This document shows positions 58,954 to 64,000 of a DNA stretch of 64,000 nt, in pieces. Each line of letters opens with the position of its first letter. Within the stretch, counting starts at the first letter, position 1. Position numbers and translations under genes: made by a program. The notes under the pieces were generated by a model. It was not told the origin of the DNA, did not search any database, and was given only the letters and a program-made list of their open reading frames with translations. Source of the stretch: Alphaproteobacteria bacterium (lineage in GTDB: Bacteria > Pseudomonadota > Alphaproteobacteria > Bin95). Location of the stretch: positions 1,274,694 through 1,338,693 of the forward strand of contig CAXXWS020000002.1 of the NCBI GenBank assembly GCA_963665325.3. Reading direction: 5' to 3'.

Positions 58954-59889
58954 ATGAACCCTCTTTGCCTGATCCCGCGGCGCTGGCTGCCGCGCAATGC
59001 TTGGGGGGACCGGGAGTTCTGCCGGCGGCGGTTCGTGCGCAGGCAAGGCCGGCAGCCAGACCCCGAAGGTGCGGGGCGGCTGACCGACCTGATTTACCGG
59101 ATCAAGACGGACCGCTCACTGCTGGACCCGTTATACCAGTTCATCACAGACAAGGAGTTGGCAAAGCTCTATATCGACAACACGGTCGGGCCGGGTTATG
59201 CGCCGGAGACCTACCGGGTGCTTAGGAGCCCCGACGAGATAAGAGCGTTTGTCCTGGACCGCGCATCCTGCGTGATGAAACCGACGCATATGAGCGGCCC
59301 GATTCTCTTCCACACCGACCCGGACGAGGCCGTCGGCCGCGACTTCCTCCGCAAATGGCTTGAGAAGGACCACTATGGAGGCACAAGCGAAGGCAATTAC
59401 CGCCTTCTCCGCCCGAAGATCATCGTCGAGGAATTCCTTTCCGAAGACGGCGTGCCCGTGCCGAAGGATTGCAAGTTGTTCTGTTTCCATGGCGTCCCGA
59501 AGATGGTCCGGGTGGACTCGGATCGGTTCGGGACGCTCACGCAGAACTTCTACGACCTTGAGTGGAACCAACTACCGATCACCTTTGGAGTCCCGACCGG
59601 GCCGAAAGACGATAAAGTGTCCCGACGATTGACGGAGATTTTGAGGATTGCGTCGCTTCTCGCCTTGCCGTTTCCACTCGTTCTGGTAAACCTATATGTC
59701 TGCGAAGCGGGTATAAGGACCGGCGAGTTAATATCCTGCCCGCGAGGCATGGATGACTTGCTGATTCCGCCCGACGCCAACATAGAACTCGCAAAGTTTT
59801 TCGACCCCAGCTACCACCTCGATGCGCAGGCCCGCGCCGAAGCGTGGAGCTGGCCGGCGCCATTCATCCTGGAAAAATTATCAAAATGA
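58954..59889 (+). CDS. TupA-like ATP-grasp protein
   Basis: TDKELAK, VMKPTHMSG, PKIIVEEFL, DCKLFCFHG, NFYD, GEL. Confidence 0.8.
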   Translation: MNPLCLIPRRWLPRNAWGDREFCRRRFVRRQGRQPDPEGAGRLTDLIYRIKTDRSLLDPLYQFITDKELAKLYIDNTVGPGYAPETYRVLRSPDEIRAFVLDRASCVMKPTHMSGPILFHTDPDEAVGRDFLRKWLEKDHYGGTSEGNYRLLRPKIIVEEFLSEDGVPVPKDCKLFCFHGVPKMVRVDSDRFGTLTQNFYDLEWNQLPITFGVPTGPKDDKVSRRLTEILRIASLLALPFPLVLVNLYVCEAGIRTGELISCPRGMDDLLIPPDANIELAKFFDPSYHLDAQARAEAWSWPAPFILEKLSK

Positions 59890-60674
59890 CCAGCTTTTTG
59901 AGTACCATCATCATTTTATTCATTAAGTTCATAACGGCTCCCCTTGGTCCAGAGAAGAAGTTACGAACTTTCAGGAAAACGCTAGTACCGCTTCGCAAGC
60001 TCATACTTGCACTTTATAAGCCCGGCTCCCCTACATTTCGGCTTCGTGGCGACTTCGAAGCGGACACGAGAGGATGGCTGGACAACATTTCCGTCAACCG
60101 TACGACAATGCTATGGGATATTGGCGCGAATGTCGGGGCTTATAGCTTGTATGCCGCCCTTCAGCGCAATATACAGGTGTTGGCGTTCGAGCCTCAAGCC
60201 GCGTCTTATGCGTTGCTGAACGAGACCATAGAGCGTGCCGGGATAGACAGTCGAATCGTCGCGTATCAGATTGCCTTCGACTCAAACACAAAACTCGGGA
60301 GGCTCAACCAGGCGGATACTGGCGTCGGAACTGCAATGCACGGCTTCAACACGGAGAAGGACCAGCTTGAGCGCCCCATTGCCACTAAATTCCGCCAAGG
60401 CGCAATCGGTTTTTCGGTGGATGATTTCGTGCAGCAATTTTCACCGCCATTGCCGACGCATGTAAAAATCGATGTGGACGGACTGGAGCTGGGCATTTTG
60501 GAGGGGGGGACGAAGACATTCTCCGCGCCATCCGTCCGGTCCATGATCGTCGAGCTTGAAGGCAGCCACGAGCGCCAGGCGGAGATCATCCGACTTATGT
60601 CCGATTTGGGTTTCACGGCTGAGCCGAAGGCGTCGCCAAGCTATCGCAATACGATCTTCCAAAGGCTGGAGTAA
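59886..60674 (+). CDS. FkbM-family methyltransferase
   Basis: WDIGANVGAYS, AFEP, HVKIDVDGLE; ATGA overlap. Confidence 0.9.
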   Translation: MTSFLSTIIILFIKFITAPLGPEKKLRTFRKTLVPLRKLILALYKPGSPTFRLRGDFEADTRGWLDNISVNRTTMLWDIGANVGAYSLYAALQRNIQVLAFEPQAASYALLNETIERAGIDSRIVAYQIAFDSNTKLGRLNQADTGVGTAMHGFNTEKDQLERPIATKFRQGAIGFSVDDFVQQFSPPLPTHVKIDVDGLELGILEGGTKTFSAPSVRSMIVELEGSHERQAEIIRLMSDLGFTAEPKASPSYRNTIFQRLE

Positions 60675-60681
60675 GGCCACC

Positions 60682-61965
60682 ATGGCGCATATCTGCTGGG
60701 TTATTGCAGAATTGAGAGGGGGAGGGGCCGAGAGGTCGGTTATCCGCAGTGTCAACGGGCTTTGCCAACGAGGACACTCTGTCGATCTGGTGCTATTCCA
60801 ACCGACGAACGATTACTCGGGCGACATATCGGAGCGGGCATCGGTCTTTGTGTTGTCCCGGCGTCCCGATAGGTGGAGCCGGACAAGACGGCAGGCGGCT
60901 AACCTGTTTCGGAAGCAAAAGAAACGCTATCGTGAGCTCAGCTTTTCCGATAGCGCGCACTGGTTTATGCGTCGTTTGCCGCTCGTCCGGCTGCCCTGCC
61001 TTTTATACCGTCTTGTAAGAAAGCATCGCTGGCCGCTCCTGGACCTTGCCAGGCGCCAGAGGCGGGCAGCTTTCATCCGGGCGCTTCGCCTCGGCCGGTA
61101 TTTTGAGGAACGGAAGCCCGATGTCGCTTTTACCAATCTCCTGGCGGCGAATAAGGCAGGATTCTTTGCGGCTGGAATGACACACGGTTGCCCGGAGATA
61201 ATCCCGATTGCTCGCAGTATTGTTGAAAAATGGGAAACGGATCATTGTGTGTTTTCGGCAGCGTCCAGGGTAGTCGCGATATCCCGTGGGGTGGCGGATA
61301 ACTTTGCCGCAGTGGTCGGTGTGCAGGCCGATAAGATAACAATGATATACAATCCCGCCTTCGCTCCAGATATAGGAGAATTGGCAGTGCTTGAGCCGGA
61401 GCATCCTTGGTTTTCGGATGACGGACCGCCCGTTATTCTCGGTGTCGGGCGGCTGGTGTGGGAGAAAGACTTTTCGACGCTGATCGACGCCTTCCGGCAT
61501 TTCCGCGCAAATCGGCCCTACCGGCTGGTCATTCTGGGCGACGGTCCGTTGCGCTCCACACTCGAAGCCCGCATAGCTAGCTTCGGCCTTGACGATTGCG
61601 TATCCCTGCCGGGCTGGGTGAAGAACCCGTTTGCCTTCATGGCCCGCGCGGCGCTGTTCGTGCTCTCCTCGCGGCACGAGGGGCTCGGCAATGTGCTGGT
61701 GGAGGCGCTGGCTTGCGGCTGCCCGGCAGTCTCGACCGACTGCCCGGGCGGTCCCGCGGAAGTCCTGGGGGACCCGGCCCTGCTTGCCCCGGTCGGCGAC
61801 GCGGAGGCGCTGGCCCGCGTCATGCGGCGCGCGCTCGACGAGCCGGCGAACAAGGCCGCGCTCCGCATCAACGCGGCGCGGTTCTCGGTCGAACGCTCGA
61901 TTGACGGCTATGAAACGCTGATAGCGGATGTTCTGGCTGGACGAACCAATCGAAGGCGGGAATGA
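60682..61965 (+). CDS. glycosyltransferase family 4
   Basis: GGGAER, IYNPAFAP, GVGRLVWEKDF, EGLGNVLVEA; paralogue of 57322-58548. Confidence 0.9.
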   Translation: MAHICWVIAELRGGGAERSVIRSVNGLCQRGHSVDLVLFQPTNDYSGDISERASVFVLSRRPDRWSRTRRQAANLFRKQKKRYRELSFSDSAHWFMRRLPLVRLPCLLYRLVRKHRWPLLDLARRQRRAAFIRALRLGRYFEERKPDVAFTNLLAANKAGFFAAGMTHGCPEIIPIARSIVEKWETDHCVFSAASRVVAISRGVADNFAAVVGVQADKITMIYNPAFAPDIGELAVLEPEHPWFSDDGPPVILGVGRLVWEKDFSTLIDAFRHFRANRPYRLVILGDGPLRSTLEARIASFGLDDCVSLPGWVKNPFAFMARAALFVLSSRHEGLGNVLVEALACGCPAVSTDCPGGPAEVLGDPALLAPVGDAEALARVMRRALDEPANKAALRINAARFSVERSIDGYETLIADVLAGRTNRRRE

Positions 61966-62316
61966 GGCCGTGTCATGCGGCGGCCGGATCGCCGGCCGAT
62001 GCGGCCCTGGTGCCGCAACGGATGGCCGTCAGCCCGGAGGACGTGCTTGCTTGGGCCGGGCGGCAACGGGACGGCGCGGAACAACCTTTCCGACGCGGAC
62101 CAGCAACTGGGGATCGATTACGGAAGAGTGCCAATTGAATTTGCAACCGTTCAACTCTAGCATCGGCCACGCTGCTTGCCGCGGCAATAGGGCCCTCTGG
62201 TACCACATTCGGAGCGATACGGCTCCAGATCCCACGGGCCGGGCGGCTCGTTTGTTTTCGCACAGGAGACGGCGCTGTGGCGACCGCGGGCCCGTCGCCG
62301 GTTGCCGGGAGTGTGG

Positions 62317-63093
62317 ATGGAGCCCTACACCGTCGCTTTGACGAGCTGCGGGCGCTTCGACCTTCTGGAGCGGACGCTCGGCTCCCTATTGCCGCGCCTG
62401 GAGGGTCCGGTCGCGAAGCTTGTGGTCACCGAGGATAGCGGTGATCCGGCCGTTCACGCCGTGATCCGCCGCTTCTCGGGCAGCGGACTGAAATTCGAGG
62501 TGCTCGTCAACGAACAGCCGATCGGGCTCATCCGAAGCATCGACCGGCTCTATTCCCGTGTCGAGACCGAATGGGTCTTCCATTGCGAGGACGACTGGGA
62601 ATTCTTCTCCGACGGATTCATCGAGCCCTCCTTTGCCGTCCTGAAGGAATCCGACCGTTACTCGATGGTCGGGCTCAGAATTGCCTCCGAATTCGCCCCC
62701 GGTTACATCGGACCACAGCTCACCACACACTCCGGCGTCGCATATCACGTTGCCGATCCTGCTGTGGCCCGGGCGTTTGCGGGCCTGTCCTTCAACCCGG
62801 GGTTGCGGCGCATGCGGGACTACAGGATCGTCGGACGCTATTCGGATTTCCGGGCCTGGGCCAGGGAATCCCGGGTGGCGCGATGCTATCTGGAACTCGG
62901 CTACCGGGTGGCCTATCTCGCGGAACCGGCCGTTCGGCATATCGATCTGCGCTGGAAGTTCTACCCTCGTTCCAACCCCATGGTCCGCTCTCGTTGGCGC
63001 ATGGAGGAAGCGAGACGGAACGGAGTGATTTTCGAACCCGGACGCCGACGGCGGCGGTTCCGTCCGGGACGGATAGGCTGCAGCTTCCGTTAA
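62317..63093 (+). CDS. glycosyltransferase (GT-A fold)
   Basis: LTSCGRFDLLERTL, FHCEDDWEF, SFNPGLRR, VRHI. Confidence 0.75.
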   Translation: MEPYTVALTSCGRFDLLERTLGSLLPRLEGPVAKLVVTEDSGDPAVHAVIRRFSGSGLKFEVLVNEQPIGLIRSIDRLYSRVETEWVFHCEDDWEFFSDGFIEPSFAVLKESDRYSMVGLRIASEFAPGYIGPQLTTHSGVAYHVADPAVARAFAGLSFNPGLRRMRDYRIVGRYSDFRAWARESRVARCYLELGYRVAYLAEPAVRHIDLRWKFYPRSNPMVRSRWRMEEARRNGVIFEPGRRRRRFRPGRIGCSFR

Positions 63094-63214
63094 CTCTCCC
63101 GGTCGATTCGAACGACCATCCGCTCCGCGACCGCTGACGTGTCCCGCTCTGTCGGGGCGTCCGCTGAACAGAACAGCCCGATACCCGGGCCCGGTCGGGC
63201 TGGCGAGATTCATC

Positions 63215-63320
63215 ATGCTGCCAGTATTCGTGATCCAACTCGACCGCCGCCTGGATCGCTGGGCGGCGATCTCCGGCAATTTGAGCGCGCTGGGCATTGT
63301 CCCCCGAGCGGACCGGCGTG
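63215..63320 (+). pseudogene. GT25 5' fragment
   Basis: MLPVFVIQLDRRLDRWAAISGNL matches the N-terminus of 54431-55147, then similarity is lost. Confidence 0.7.
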
Positions 63321-63499
63321 AGCACCCTGTTGCTCGGCGCGCTGCTTGGCCACCGATCGGCGTCATAAGCGATTGATCAGCGTTGGATCCTGAAGGATCA
63401 GGACCCGGCGCCTAACGACGGGCCCATCGTCCAGCTTCGTCTGGATCAGAACTGGCACCGGCCCGTTTCTGAAGCCAGTGCAAATCGCCTTGGAGAGAT

Positions 63500-64000
63500 T
63501 TAATTCCGCGCCGCAGCCGATTTAGAGGTGCCCGTTCTCTGCTTCCGGAGTCTCCTCAGCCTCCGCCTGTAAAGAATGGCGTAGCGATACCAGCGGTAGT
63601 AGGACGCCACGACAGCGAAGAGGAAACCATAGCGACCCTCCAGCCAACGGCCGCGAACGACATAGCTGCAGAGAAAGAAACAGGGCAGGCCCAGATACAC
63701 CTTGAGCGCAGTCAGCCAGGGCGGATTGGGATCCACGACCCGGGCCTGCCTGATGGCGTGATCCCTTTGCTTGCGCGAAAGGTGCCCGATATCCTCGAAC
63801 GCATGGTCCAGGATCGGGCCGCGAAGGCGGCGGACACGGAGTCCCTGCGGGACGTGAAACTGGTCCTGGGCGCCATCGACGGGTAAGCGAACCTTGCGCC
63901 GGTCGTAGAGCTTGACACTGCGTCGAGGCCGGGAGTTCTTCCAGATCCGGCCGGACGGATCGACGCAAAGGACGGGAAGACGGAATGCATCGGCGGATGG
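63500..64000 (-). CDS. GT2-family glycosyltransferase (WaaE/KdtX-like), 3' part; start beyond window
   Basis: open frame from the window edge: VKLYDRRK...LRGPILDHAF...YVVRGRWLEGRYGF. Confidence 0.7.
   Translation of the reverse strand, partial: PSADAFRLPVLCVDPSGRIWKNSRPRRSVKLYDRRKVRLPVDGAQDQFHVPQGLRVRRLRGPILDHAFEDIGHLSRKQRDHAIRQARVVDPNPPWLTALKVYLGLPCFFLCSYVVRGRWLEGRYGFLFAVVASYYRWYRYAILYRRRLRRLRKQRTGTSKSAAARN

Noticed and set aside
58690-59889. IS701-ATP-grasp fusion protein
   Set aside because: Only ~35 transposase-like codons happen to be in frame; the likely start is ATG 58954
61966-62316. Small ORFs between the glycosyltransferases
   Set aside because: No motif or RBS support; possibly a remnant but not assignable
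63500-64000. GT2 pseudogene suggested by fragmented ORF calls
   Set aside because: The frame is open to the window edge; it is simply a partial gene

Overview
GC-rich alphaproteobacterial (Rhodospirillales-like, inferred from synteny) chromosomal window. 1-22.5 kb is mostly housekeeping: narK1-narK2 behind an FNR-type box, serC-serA-hisZ-purA, rpmB, proC, pcm-tolC-popZ-valS, RidA, an amidase, a lone CoxL-like molybdoenzyme, and SPFH-NfeD. 24-50 kb holds accessory catabolic and transport genes. 50-53.3 kb is a patchy mobile-looking block: a solitary TerS-like ORF, three RHH-like ORFs and an acyl-CoA dehydrogenase pseudogene. 53.3-64 kb is a surface-glycan locus with duplications and scars. The main finding is a complete IS110-family (IS1111 group) element at 22544-23926 inserted at a CG core in a REP-like palindrome, which itself lies inside a 204-bp TA-bounded repeat. 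The window also carries an empty copy of that repeat (34675-34878) and a free REP doublet (5781-5872), so the target can be read directly. The element's 3' non-coding region contains matching target and donor guide motifs, i.e. a putative bridge/seek RNA. Other finds: a second, highly structured MITE whose ends supply stop codons; two related dispersed elements with 10-bp-period CATGACA arrays; and a candidate RegA/PrrA-controlled small RNA. No tRNA, rRNA or CRISPR array was seen. All calls come from reading the sequence; no searches were run.
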